This document shows positions 42,374 through 52,190 of a DNA stretch of 64,000 nt, one piece after another. The position numbers and the translations under genes were made by a program. Under the pieces are notes generated by a model that was given only the letters and a program-made list of their open reading frames with translations, had not been told where the DNA came from and did not search any database. How positions within the stretch are numbered: position 1 is the first letter of the stretch; every line of letters starts with the position of its first letter. The stretch lies in IMG/VR virus record IMGVR_UViG_3300007609_001079, positions 37,662 through 101,661 of that record; one strand, given 5' to 3'. The DNA is from a virus.

Positions 42374-44137
42374 TTACATTAAGCTTTTATAACCATGTTC
42401 TTTATTAACACGTTTAATATTATCGGTTAATCTTTTTGATATTGTTTCAATTTTTTCAAAAAAAGTATCTAAATTAGAATCATCTATTTTTTTAATTTGA
42501 TTAATATATTCTCTTAAAGTTTTAACTTCAGTTGCATAATTAGTATCTATTAGAGCTTTATTTATAAATGAATCTTTTTCTGCCAATTTTTTATTTAACT
42601 CATCACGTAATAATTCTAATTCAGCAACGTATGCGGTTTGATGTAATGTCTTGGATATAAATGAATCCTTTTCAGCTAATTTTTTATTTAATTCATCTCT
42701 GATTAATTCAAGTTCCTTAACGTATCCTGTTTCGTGTAATGTCTTGGATATAAATGAATCCTTTTCAGCTAATTTTTTATTTAACTTATCTCGTTCTATT
42801 TCAACCTCGATTATATACTCTTGTTGTTTTTTAATATGCTCTTTTTGTGCACCAATTGTTTCTATTGCTTTATCACCAACATCATCTTTTAAAGTTTGAT
42901 ATTTTAAATACCACTCCAAATCACTAAATTCAGGGTATATATCAAAAAAAGATTCTTCTCTGATTTTATCCAATTTAACATTATAATCAATAAATTCTTT
43001 TAATTTTTCTGTATCACCATCTTCCTTTAGATATTTTATTACTTTTTTAAATTCATTAATAGATAATGCAGAACTTTTCAGAGTTTCTAACCAAGATATA
43101 TGTTCATTATATAATTTAGTTAATCTATCTTTATGGTGCTTAGGTAAATTACGTATATCATATGCATGTGGTTCTGTTAATAAATTTATCTTTATATCAT
43201 TTGGTAATATAAATTTCTTAGTAACCCATTCTCTATGAAATTCCAATATATTGTAAACATTTAAAATACCAATTGTTGGTATTATTTCAAAATTCACATC
43301 TGGCATTTCTTTTAGTAGTTTTTTTCTATTATTAACTACATCTTTCCATACTATATTTTTTCGTTGATATTCTCCTTGCTTATATGATGCGTCTAAGCTT
43401 GCTCCAATGTTTACAAACTGAAAGTTTTTCCATAATGAAATAATATCTTTATTTTTATAATTTAATGATGAAAAATTTGTATTATATGTTAATCGTATAT
43501 TTTTACTATATCCCATTTCTATCGCAGCTTCTAAAATCTTATAATGATTATCTTGCATGAGTGGTTCTCCCCCTGCAAAAAATATTTCATCAACATGTGG
43601 AATAGAATCTACAATAAACATCATCGTTTCAGCAGATATGGATTCTTTATAAACATCAACCTTTTCTTTTGGCTTAATACCCAACTTAACTTCATCAGAA
43701 TACCAAGATGTTGAAAATGTAGAATTACATATTCTACATTTTAAATTACATTTATTATCAAATCTAATATCTAACCTTTTTGGTTCAATTGATTTTAGTG
43801 AAAAATCTTCATTAGTATTTTCTAAAACTTTATCAATATATTTACCATAGAATTCATTATGAAATTGCCTATAACTTTCATTCTTTGATATTTTTTCTTG
43901 CTTCCAACAGGAACCACACTCTTTTGCTTTTTCACCATTAAATAATTTATATCTTAATAATTTAGCATTTTCGGAATTATATATTTCTTCAATAGTACCA
44001 TCATTTAGATTACCAAATGGATTATATCGTGTGTAAGTACAACATGGCATTACTTCTTTACTAACACCAAAATGAATTTCTGTCCATGGTGCAATACAAA
44101 ATGTATCTTTAAAATATTTCTTACCCTTTAAACTCAT
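42374..44137 (-). CDS. Radical SAM enzyme with N-terminal SPASM/twitch-like domain and C-terminal coiled-coil repeats
   Basis: CIAPW...PCC...CGSCW; CNLKCRIC; FAGGEPL; YNTN. Confidence 0.88.
   Translation of the reverse strand: MSLKGKKYFKDTFCIAPWTEIHFGVSKEVMPCCTYTRYNPFGNLNDGTIEEIYNSENAKLLRYKLFNGEKAKECGSCWKQEKISKNESYRQFHNEFYGKYIDKVLENTNEDFSLKSIEPKRLDIRFDNKCNLKCRICNSTFSTSWYSDEVKLGIKPKEKVDVYKESISAETMMFIVDSIPHVDEIFFAGGEPLMQDNHYKILEAAIEMGYSKNIRLTYNTNFSSLNYKNKDIISLWKNFQFVNIGASLDASYKQGEYQRKNIVWKDVVNNRKKLLKEMPDVNFEIIPTIGILNVYNILEFHREWVTKKFILPNDIKINLLTEPHAYDIRNLPKHHKDRLTKLYNEHISWLETLKSSALSINEFKKVIKYLKEDGDTEKLKEFIDYNVKLDKIREESFFDIYPEFSDLEWYLKYQTLKDDVGDKAIETIGAQKEHIKKQQEYIIEVEIERDKLNKKLAEKDSFISKTLHETGYVKELELIRDELNKKLAEKDSFISKTLHQTAYVAELELLRDELNKKLAEKDSFINKALIDTNYATEVKTLREYINQIKKIDDSNLDTFFEKIETISKRLTDNIKRVNKEHGYKSLM
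42530..42795 (-). repeat. Three tandem 93-bp (31-aa) coding repeats
   Basis: RD(K/E)LNKKLAEKDSFI(S/N)K..L...Y..E occurs three times; DNA gtaatgtcttggatataaatgaatccttttcagc at 42643 and 42736. Confidence 0.9.
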
Positions 44138-45516
44138 TTTAAATTATCTAACCTCAGTATTTCATTTTTTATTTTTATATTCCACGGACCCCAAGTTATA
44201 TTATCCAATAACCACTTTCTATAATAAGGTGGTATTGATGCAACTGGTTTGCCCGAGTATTTGCCAAAGGTCATATAAACTTTTTCTATATCACCATCTT
44301 CGTTTTTCTTTTCTGAAAGATTTATACCTCCTTCTAAGTGAACACCAATTTCGTGCATTGGAATACCAGTAATCTGTTTTTTATTCTCTCCATAAAGTTC
44401 CCAATTTTCATCACCATCTTGCTTGTAATAAAGTTCTTCTACTTTTCCGAACTTTTCTACCGAACCCACGAAATCTACCACCAAACAATCTTTCTTGTTC
44501 TCGTGGATACGAGTTCCTCTACCAACAAACTGATACCACCAAGAAATAGAGGCAGTGGGTCTTCCTGTAATCAAACAATCCAATTCTGGATAATCGAATC
44601 CAACCGTTAGTACGTTCACTTGTACGATAACTCGTGTTTTCTGAGAACGGAAATCTTCTATGATTCTTCTTCGTTCATCTTTAGAAGTACCACCATGAAC
44701 TACTTCAGCATTTGGAATTCTGCCAGCAAGTTGGGTAGCCTGTTCTATCGTTGGTACCGCAACTAAGATAGATTTTCTATCAACTAATTCGGCAACTTTC
44801 TTTACAATTTTATTACCAATGTTTTGGTTTTCATAAGAACGAGCAATTGAATCATTGGTATATTCAGCACCACTTGAATTATAAACAAGAGCACCAGTAT
44901 CAAAATCATAAGATTGATAAACAAGTGGTGTCCAATATCCTAACTTGACAATATCTTGAATCTGTGAAACATGTAGAATAAACTTAAAGAACATTCCATG
45001 TTTACTTCGATTGGTTAACATTACCAACTTCGAGAAAGGACCAGCATCTCCCATATTGGTTTGTAACTTTAAAGGAGTTGCAGTTAATCCAAGAACGTGG
45101 GTTGCTTTCATTCCATCAACGAATCTCCTTAGTTGTCCTGATTTAGCACGTGGGTATCTATCACATTCATCAATAATGATTTTAGTTACCCCCATCTCTC
45201 TAAATTTACTCGCTATCTTAATGATAGAACCAATGGTTGCATAGGTAACATCACCAAGTTCTTTACTTCCCATAGAAGCAGAATAAATCGAAGCTTCACC
45301 ACCAAGAGTGATAAACTTATCATAGTTTTGTTCTAATAATTCTTTGGAAGGTTGTAAGACAAGAAGTTTTTCACCAAGTTCTTTAGCAATAGCAGCGATA
45401 ACAATCGATTTACCGAAAGCCGTTGGGGCAACGATAATCGATGGTTTCATCTTTTTAGTTCTAAAGAACTCTACACCGATTGCCACCGGCTCTACTTGGT
45501 TTTCACGTAACTTCAA
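44134..45516 (-). CDS. SF2 DEAD/DEAH helicase (RadD/YejH-like)
   Basis: APTAFGKS, DECD, LTATP, LTVGFD, QFVGRGTR; C-terminal MTFGKYSG...IP..Y..WL module. Confidence 0.9.
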   Translation of the reverse strand: MKLRENQVEPVAIGVEFFRTKKMKPSIIVAPTAFGKSIVIAAIAKELGEKLLVLQPSKELLEQNYDKFITLGGEASIYSASMGSKELGDVTYATIGSIIKIASKFREMGVTKIIIDECDRYPRAKSGQLRRFVDGMKATHVLGLTATPLKLQTNMGDAGPFSKLVMLTNRSKHGMFFKFILHVSQIQDIVKLGYWTPLVYQSYDFDTGALVYNSSGAEYTNDSIARSYENQNIGNKIVKKVAELVDRKSILVAVPTIEQATQLAGRIPNAEVVHGGTSKDERRRIIEDFRSQKTRVIVQVNVLTVGFDYPELDCLITGRPTASISWWYQFVGRGTRIHENKKDCLVVDFVGSVEKFGKVEELYYKQDGDENWELYGENKKQITGIPMHEIGVHLEGGINLSEKKNEDGDIEKVYMTFGKYSGKPVASIPPYYRKWLLDNITWGPWNIKIKNEILRLDNLK

Positions 45517-46022
45517 ATTATATTATTTTTTTTAGATAAACTTCTAAATCTATCATCGGAATCCACATCGTATATATCTTCATAGTAAATTATATCTATA
45601 TTAAGTACCAAACTCAACTTTTTCAAATTAGAATTTAAATTTAATATAGTATTATATACTTCATTTAAATTAGGAGTTGATTCCCATATATATTTATCAT
45701 GTTTTGAAATTCCATTTGATAAATTCCATTGTAGAAATGCGTAACTTTTTGCACATTCTAATAAATCTCTCCTACTTAATAATATTATTTCATCAAATTT
45801 CTTAGAATATTTTACATAAAATTCTATAATATCACTTACCCTTGGTTGCCCTATTAATGATTTAACAATATAATCATCATCATTATCTAACCAATTATAA
45901 TCAGTATGATTTTTTTCAAATGAAAATGGCTCATCATACTTTTTTAAATTCCTTTTCAATGATATATCATTCAAAAGTGATGTAGAACCTGTTCGTGGTA
46001 ATGATATTATTAAAACCTTCAT
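45513..46022 (-). CDS. Sulfotransferase-like P-loop protein
   Basis: ISLPRTGSTSL, EPF, LSRRD...S, IYYED. Confidence 0.65.
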   Translation of the reverse strand: MKVLIISLPRTGSTSLLNDISLKRNLKKYDEPFSFEKNHTDYNWLDNDDDYIVKSLIGQPRVSDIIEFYVKYSKKFDEIILLSRRDLLECAKSYAFLQWNLSNGISKHDKYIWESTPNLNEVYNTILNLNSNLKKLSLVLNIDIIYYEDIYDVDSDDRFRSLSKKNNII

Positions 46023-46237
46023 TTGAGTTTATACTTTTTTTCAAATTTTTCTTTGAAAGAATTACCAACACCAATATCAAGAATTTCGTTTTCATGTGGT
46101 ATTGGTGGTTTTCTTTTATTACCATCGATGATATCATCAACTCGTATGTTAGTAAATATATCTAATTGAATTTTAGAGTTTTTTCTCGGGCCTTTGTGAA
46201 CCACTATTGTTGGTGGAGTTTCGTTTATATTGGCCAT
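46019..46237 (-). CDS. Hypothetical protein
   Basis: Start adjusted to MANINETPP. Confidence 0.55.
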   Translation of the reverse strand: MANINETPPTIVVHKGPRKNSKIQLDIFTNIRVDDIIDGNKRKPPIPHENEILDIGVGNSFKEKFEKKYKLK

Positions 46238-46238
46238 T

Positions 46239-46802
46239 TTACAATAATGTTTTTTTAGTCTTATATGATACCGATGAAATAATCCCACCAATAACCCTAC
46301 GATTAATAGTTGATGTTGGGTTCACCTTTGGTAAATGTTTTAAATCAGATGGAAATATCAATAAATCCCCAACCTCCGGTAACATTGAGATGGTTTCATT
46401 ATCATCTTTAAAGTAGATATAACCATCATCCTGTTTTAAATTATTTGGCATACTAACATAATATACGTATGTCCATTCTCCTATCGTATTTAAATTATTC
46501 ATACGTAAATGATTATGATAATCAATTCCTTCAGGGGAATCTTTATCTACAATGTAAACCCAATTTTTAAAAGTGTAAATTAATTCATTTGTTTTGTAAA
46601 TATCTTTTTTTATTATATCAATTATTTGTTTATTGATATCATCAATGAGACCACCATGGATAACAACATCTGATTGTATTCTTGGGGAAATGTTTCCATT
46701 TTTATTATCGGTAATTGCAAGTGAATCTAAAGTAACATTATAATCAACTTCTAATGATAACTTTTCAAAATCAGAATCCAATTTATACTTTCGTATATCC
46801 AT
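46239..46802 (-). CDS. Putative 2OG-Fe(II) oxygenase
   Basis: YHNH, WTYVYY, LLIFPSDLKH...RRVI. Confidence 0.75.
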   Translation of the reverse strand: MDIRKYKLDSDFEKLSLEVDYNVTLDSLAITDNKNGNISPRIQSDVVIHGGLIDDINKQIIDIIKKDIYKTNELIYTFKNWVYIVDKDSPEGIDYHNHLRMNNLNTIGEWTYVYYVSMPNNLKQDDGYIYFKDDNETISMLPEVGDLLIFPSDLKHLPKVNPTSTINRRVIGGIISSVSYKTKKTLL

Positions 46803-46966
46803 TATAACTTATTATCATGATGTCTTGATTTAATCTTTTGGTATTTCTTACGAAGTCTTTTCATATCCGAAAATCTTCTTTTTTGTATTGTTTCTTTTAT
46901 CGCATTAATACCACTTCTTCTACTTCTTGCTCTTTTTGATTTTTGTAATCTTTCTGCTCTACTCAT
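46802..46966 (-). CDS. Small, very basic protein (54 aa), absent from the ORF track
   Basis: MSRAERLQKSKRARSRRSGINAIKETIQKRRFSDMKRLRKKYQKIKSRHHDNKL; fills the intergenic gap, TAATG coupling to the next gene. Confidence 0.65.
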   Translation of the reverse strand: MSRAERLQKSKRARSRRSGINAIKETIQKRRFSDMKRLRKKYQKIKSRHHDNKL

Positions 46967-46977
46967 AATTTATTAAT

Positions 46978-47553
46978 TTATAAAAGGTTAAATTGATAAT
47001 TATTTGTTATTTCATATAATGAAATTTTATTATTATTTTTTAAACAATCCAAATAGTTAAATTCTATTATTTTATTAAATGCTATTTTATTTTTAAAACT
47101 ATGAATTGCATTGGTAACTGTATTAAATTGGGTATCATCAAATACAATATATTTAATTTCCATTTTGCTAGCTAATAAAATATCATTAACTACACAATTA
47201 AATTCATGACACCCATCGATAAAAATTAAATCAAATTTATTTTTATATAATTTGTAATTAATCTTATTTGATTCTGAGTGTAAAAAATTAAATTTATCTA
47301 CATATTTTTCTTTTAGTAATCTTGAACATTCAAGTGTATAATCAGTATCAACTTTATCAACGCTAGTTATATTAACCCCATACATATCTAATAATAGATG
47401 TGATGTGTGTCCTGCATTAAATCCTATTTCAAATAGGGATTTAAATTTAGTATAATTATAAACCTTATTCCAAAATTTACTATAATTACCATCTATGGTT
47501 GGATACCACTTTAAATCGTAATTATTAGAAATTTTAGATGGAGGCCATTTCAT
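46978..47553 (-). CDS. Class I SAM-dependent methyltransferase (Methyltransf_24-like)
   Basis: FEIGFNAGHTS, FDLIFIDGCH, IVFDD. Confidence 0.8.
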   Translation of the reverse strand: MKWPPSKISNNYDLKWYPTIDGNYSKFWNKVYNYTKFKSLFEIGFNAGHTSHLLLDMYGVNITSVDKVDTDYTLECSRLLKEKYVDKFNFLHSESNKINYKLYKNKFDLIFIDGCHEFNCVVNDILLASKMEIKYIVFDDTQFNTVTNAIHSFKNKIAFNKIIEFNYLDCLKNNNKISLYEITNNYQFNLL

Positions 47554-47570
47554 AATTTATCTTTTTTGAA

Positions 47571-48518
47571 TTATATATAACTCTCTACATTCAACAACCC
47601 ACTATATTCACATCTCGTTTTACCAACGAAAGGTAGGATTGATAATTCTTTTGCTTTTGCTTCTACCATCACATCCACCACATTACCATATAAGTTAGGT
47701 AATGATTTAATATAATCCGAGTGTGCTTGTGGTTTTAGTTTTGAGTTTTCTTCGTGTAATGCTTTACTCTCTGAATAATGAACTTCAGGTGTAATACCCT
47801 CAGGCCACGTTGTCATAGCAAGCTCCAATGCTTCTTGTTCAGATAAATCACCAGTACAAAATTGGTGATGATGATAATCAAAGACGATTGGAATACCGAT
47901 ACGTTCGTGAATATACATTAAATCTTTTACTGAATACATTGAAGATTTATCATCGTTCTCAATGGTTAAACGAGATTTAACTGCGTCTGATAATCTTTCA
48001 AAGTTGGTACAGAATCTATCCATAGCAGATTGTTTATCACCATACGCACCATTACAATGAATGTTAAGATTATTGTAAGGAGAACGTTCTAATCCCATCA
48101 TATCGAATATCTTACCATGAATCTCTAAATCAGTAATAGTATTTTTTACCACATTCTCACGTGGAGATACCAATACATTAAACGGACCAGGATGTGCATT
48201 GACGCGAATACCATTTTGTTTGGCATAGTTACCACAGGCTTGCAATACTATTTCTATTCGTTTGTAGTAGGGGGAGTTTTCGATTCCATATTCCGAAGCC
48301 CATGGAAACATATCAGATGATACTCGAAAGAACTTAATACCTTTACGATTATTCCATTGGAGTATCTTAAATAAATCTCGCGCGTTTTGCAAACCAAGTT
48401 CACCTGCGTATTCAACACCCTTCTCCAAGAATGTTTTTTTAATCATTGAACGATTGGTTGTTACTTTTGGTTTTTGAGAACCAAGTGTCATGTTAATACA
48501 AGCGTATCCTAAATTCAT
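47571..48518 (-). CDS. uvsE: UV-damage endonuclease
   Basis: LGYACIN, FFRVSS, HPGPF, IENDD, FDYHHH, HSDY, MVEAKAKE. Confidence 0.93.
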   Translation of the reverse strand: MNLGYACINMTLGSQKPKVTTNRSMIKKTFLEKGVEYAGELGLQNARDLFKILQWNNRKGIKFFRVSSDMFPWASEYGIENSPYYKRIEIVLQACGNYAKQNGIRVNAHPGPFNVLVSPRENVVKNTITDLEIHGKIFDMMGLERSPYNNLNIHCNGAYGDKQSAMDRFCTNFERLSDAVKSRLTIENDDKSSMYSVKDLMYIHERIGIPIVFDYHHHQFCTGDLSEQEALELAMTTWPEGITPEVHYSESKALHEENSKLKPQAHSDYIKSLPNLYGNVVDVMVEAKAKELSILPFVGKTRCEYSGLLNVESYI

Positions 48519-48580
48519 AATTTGTAGTTTTAAATTTTATACTACTAATATACGAAAATTATTTTAAATATCCAAATTTA

Positions 48581-49879
48581 TTAGTAAGTTTTTGATGTAA
48601 AATCATCTGGGTAGTTTTCATCTTGAAATTTCTTTAACGTAGAACGAGAACCTCCTCTAAAGTTTATCCAATGATTGATTGCAGCTCTATCGTTTATCCA
48701 TCTTTCTTTTTTACTCCAATCAAACCATGGGTGGTAGTAATAGGCACGACCCTCATACGGAGATTTCCAACCACCATTTTCATACCACTCTCGTTTTTCT
48801 TCTTCAGAAATTACACCATCTCCATCAGTATCAGCCAATAGTTCATCTTCGGTAATAATACCATCTCCATCCAAGTCTAAATGTTTATTGTATTTATCTT
48901 CTTTATATTTTTCAGCAGCTTCTCTCAGAGCTTCATTTGGTTCATCTTCCTCATCATCCCATTCTAAATCATCTAAACCATCGTTAAGAGTATTATCCCA
49001 TAAATTAGATTCTTCAGATAATTCATCACTATCATCACTTTCACCATAGAGTTCTCGTTTCTGAACTACTTTCTTTTTATCTTTCTCACCCTTATCTACT
49101 TTAACTGCATTGTTAAATGCAATAACCAAAGTTACAGCAAGTGGGTCAAATACAAAAATGATAATCAAGATAAACCAATTGATAATATCCGTCATTGGTT
49201 TATCCAATAAAGTAGAAAGATATTGGAGAGGTCCTAATTCAGAACTTGCTTCAGTATCAGTATCTAACTCTAATATTTTTAATTGTATAGATTGTAGGGA
49301 ATCTGCAGCAACTTCTCGTTTTGCTTGAACCTCTTTTCTGTTTTGTTCCTCTACTTCAATTCTTTTTTGAGATAAACGAAGTTCGGTAGTTGATATCGTA
49401 TTTCTAAATCCAGTTGATGAGGTCGTATCTCTAACTTGTATACCTGATGTTTTAGCATTGGATAATGTACTAATGTTATTAGATATTCGTTCTAATTCAG
49501 TATCATATCTTGTAACATCATCACCCCAAAACTTTTCTTTTTGTTGTAAGAATTCTTTTTGTTTAGATGATACGTTGTATTGATTTAAGGTATCTTGAAA
49601 TGCAGCAGTTAAGAACCCGTAGATACCTAATGAAGTAATCAGTACCAAAATCAAGGTACCGATGATTAGATATGTTCTTAGAATTTTATTTATGTTATCC
49701 CAATAGTTGTATAGATAACCTGCAACAATTAATTTGGCGAACTCCAATGAAGATGCCATAATAATTACTGAAGTTGCAGCACCAGCAAATAGTTTTGATA
49801 AACCTGTTACTGAGAAGAATGCAGCGTTAAATGCTACAAACAATGCTGATAATCCTAATAAAAGGGTTCTAAATTTCAT
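48581..49879 (-). CDS. Multi-pass membrane protein with coiled coil and two EF-hand-like loops
   Basis: Several N-terminal TM helices, IIFVFDPLAV helix, DLDGDGIITEDE and DTDGDGVISEEE. Confidence 0.7.
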   Translation of the reverse strand: MKFRTLLLGLSALFVAFNAAFFSVTGLSKLFAGAATSVIIMASSLEFAKLIVAGYLYNYWDNINKILRTYLIIGTLILVLITSLGIYGFLTAAFQDTLNQYNVSSKQKEFLQQKEKFWGDDVTRYDTELERISNNISTLSNAKTSGIQVRDTTSSTGFRNTISTTELRLSQKRIEVEEQNRKEVQAKREVAADSLQSIQLKILELDTDTEASSELGPLQYLSTLLDKPMTDIINWFILIIIFVFDPLAVTLVIAFNNAVKVDKGEKDKKKVVQKRELYGESDDSDELSEESNLWDNTLNDGLDDLEWDDEEDEPNEALREAAEKYKEDKYNKHLDLDGDGIITEDELLADTDGDGVISEEEKREWYENGGWKSPYEGRAYYYHPWFDWSKKERWINDRAAINHWINFRGGSRSTLKKFQDENYPDDFTSKTY

Positions 49880-49885
49880 AATGTG

Positions 49886-50065
49886 TTATCCCAAGTCTAT
49901 TAACTCTTGTAACCTTTCTAACCCACCAATGATATTGTTTAGATATTCTGTTGCTTGTTTTGGGTCTGCAGGTCTTTCTCCACTTACCATTTCTTTTACA
50001 ATTCTTGCTCTTGTTGTAAGTGTATCAATCGTATCTCCTGCTCTTTGTTTGTAAACATCTTTCAT
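49886..50065 (-). CDS. Small hypothetical protein (59 aa), absent from the ORF track
   Basis: MKDVYKQRAGDTIDTLTTRARIVKEMVSGERPADPKQ...; late-like motif at about 50091. Confidence 0.65.
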   Translation of the reverse strand: MKDVYKQRAGDTIDTLTTRARIVKEMVSGERPADPKQATEYLNNIIGGLERLQELIDLG

Positions 50066-50106
50066 AACTTCTTGTTGTTTAATGTATAGTAATAAATATG
50101 AGTGTA

Positions 50107-50180
50107 TAAAAAAACCCCTCCATATATCATTCTCGGAAGTACCAAATGGTTATGGTACCAAGGATTTTAGGAGAGGTTCT
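50107..50180 (-). terminator. Terminator-like stem with a large structured loop downstream of hsp20
   Basis: Minus strand AACCTCTCC ... GGAGGGGTT + U tract, with an internal GTACCA/TGGTAC hairpin. Confidence 0.55.
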
Positions 50181-50202
50181 TAGTTAAGAATTAGTAAGTA
50201 AT

Positions 50203-50574
50203 TTAATAGGAAATCTTTAAGGTTTTAGATTTTCTTTCGTTTTTCTTATCAATGGTTAAGATTAATAAACCATTCTCGAATTTGGCTTCTGATTTAGTTC
50301 CATCGTAATCAGTACCAACTGTCAAACTTAAATCAATATCTTTTACAAATCGAGAAGTTCCTTCTTCTTTTTTTGCCTTGATTGTGATTTCATCTTCAGT
50401 AACATCAACTTTAATATCCTTTGGATTATGACCAGTAGTGTTGATAGTTACTTTTTGTTTTCCATCTTCTAGAACTTCTGCTTCAAAAGTTCCATAAGTT
50501 CTTGTTGGAGTTGTAAATGGTTCTCTTGTTAAATCATTGATTAGTTTGTCAAAAGTTGTTAATGTTCCGTACAT
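50203..50574 (-). CDS. Small heat-shock protein (Hsp20/alpha-crystallin)
   Basis: G...DIKVDV...ITIKA, AKFENGLLILTI, C-terminal LKI motif; start adjusted to MYGTL. Confidence 0.88.
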   Translation of the reverse strand: MYGTLTTFDKLINDLTREPFTTPTRTYGTFEAEVLEDGKQKVTINTTGHNPKDIKVDVTEDEITIKAKKEEGTSRFVKDIDLSLTVGTDYDGTKSEAKFENGLLILTIDKKNERKSKTLKISY

Positions 50575-50681
50575 ATCTTTTTTCCTTTTTAATTTATTAA
50601 ACATTTTATATCTTATATTACCAAATCTATACCAAATTAGTTTTTACAAAATTTTGTCAGTATCGGGTGACAAATTGTCAG

Positions 50682-51365
50682 TTAGAATGCCTCCGATACT
50701 TGTTTATCTTTTCCTGATGTAGTTCTATATTCCGAATTCTCCTGTCTTGTACTCATACAATCAGCCCAATGTAAGATGTAAGGTAAATCTGTTTTAAGTT
50801 GGAAATCTTCGTTGTAAGAAATCCAATACTTCTTAGTTGCTTCATTATACAACCCATCTGCCATATGAATACCCAATTGTTCTTTTTGTGTATATTTTAT
50901 TCCATATTGATTTAATAACCAAAAGGCTCTATCGGTTACATCAAAATATTGTAGTTTTGGATTGTGAGTGTACATCTCTAATTTATTTTTTTGATGCCAC
51001 TCTGATGTTTGTGGTAAGTAATATGGTTCTTTACCATCACCAAGTTTACCTAAATCATGATGGAATGCCGCAAAGAATAATTCTTCATCAGTAAAATTTA
51101 CAATCCCACCACCTTCTACAAATAGTTTTTTAATCTTATGTGCATTTCTTGCTACATTCATTACATGGTCTATATAACCACCAGCGTATGCGGAGTGAAA
51201 GTTTAACTTCCCACTCGCAGGCGCCATGGCAAGTTCCTGGCCTAATTCTTCTTCAGAATACATGTGGAGTAGTTTTTCTAATCGTTCTCCACTAAATACC
51301 TTTTTGATAGCTTCTATAAATCTATCATAGTTTTGCTGTAATTGTTCTGCTGTGTAATTTCTCAT
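50682..51365 (-). CDS. HD-domain phosphohydrolase
   Basis: HSAYAGGYIDH, FHHDLGK, HWAD. Confidence 0.85.
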   Translation of the reverse strand: MRNYTAEQLQQNYDRFIEAIKKVFSGERLEKLLHMYSEEELGQELAMAPASGKLNFHSAYAGGYIDHVMNVARNAHKIKKLFVEGGGIVNFTDEELFFAAFHHDLGKLGDGKEPYYLPQTSEWHQKNKLEMYTHNPKLQYFDVTDRAFWLLNQYGIKYTQKEQLGIHMADGLYNEATKKYWISYNEDFQLKTDLPYILHWADCMSTRQENSEYRTTSGKDKQVSEAF

Positions 51366-51417
51366 ATGTTATATTTTATATTTTACAAAGTTACAAAAAA
51401 TAATTTAATTATCCAAA

Positions 51418-51729
51418 TTATTCTAATTCTTTTCGTGTTAATGCTCTGTATAGAATTTCTAATTCTTCTTCATTGGTACATCCACCCAATCCAAAAAACC
51501 CATCTATCTCAACGATATATTCTCCTTTTTTAATTCCATAATCTTCCCATTCATCATTTGCAGTGGTCACTAATACCGGACAATTATCATCTGGATTATC
51601 TTTAGGTAAGGGTAAAATCCAATAGTAAAATTTATCACCATTCGGTTCTTTATCATGTATCTTTATCCATTTCTGTCTTTCTAAAGTTTCTTCGGTAATT
51701 GGGGTAAATATAAAATCAAAGTTTTCCAT
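51418..51729 (-). CDS. Hypothetical protein
   Basis: ORF in operon. Confidence 0.6.
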   Translation of the reverse strand: MENFDFIFTPITEETLERQKWIKIHDKEPNGDKFYYWILPLPKDNPDDNCPVLVTTANDEWEDYGIKKGEYIVEIDGFFGLGGCTNEEELEILYRALTRKELE

Positions 51730-52190
51730 TAATCTAAAACGATATTAAGTGTTTGTGTGATATCCCATTCATTAACTTTACATTCTACCCGTAGTGTATC
51801 GAATTTCATACTATATATGGGCGCAATCATATTAAAAATAGAATCATATTTATTTGGATACGATGCCAAATTTGTGGTAGGTACCTCATCTCCATGAAAT
51901 ATTGTTCCGTTTATTTTCCAAATTATATTAGATTTCCAAGATACCTTTGTGGGTTCAAGTGTATTTAAAACTCTTCCTGCTATTTTGTGAGTGGTCTGAT
52001 TGGAGTATGGGTTTAAAGTTAAATGATAATAACCATTAGAATCCATTGGCAATCTACCATAGAGTTCTAATGTTGGTACGATTGATACTTCATTAATTTC
52101 TTCAGTAGAACACGATGAGAATATAAGAAGTGCAGCAATAACACCAATTAAGATAACCCAATCTAATAATCTATTTAACTTTTCTCCCAT
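51729..52190 (-). CDS. Putative lipoprotein
   Basis: Hydrophobic stretch then FSS-C lipobox followed by STEE. Confidence 0.6.
   Translation of the reverse strand: MGEKLNRLLDWVILIGVIAALLIFSSCSTEEINEVSIVPTLELYGRLPMDSNGYYHLTLNPYSNQTTHKIAGRVLNTLEPTKVSWKSNIIWKINGTIFHGDEVPTTNLASYPNKYDSIFNMIAPIYSMKFDTLRVECKVNEWDITQTLNIVLD

Noticed and set aside
46802-46966. Calling the basic 54-aa protein ribosomal protein bS21
   Set aside because: It lacks the recognisable bS21 N-terminal strand and ALKRFK / F(E/T)KPS motifs; kept as unknown.
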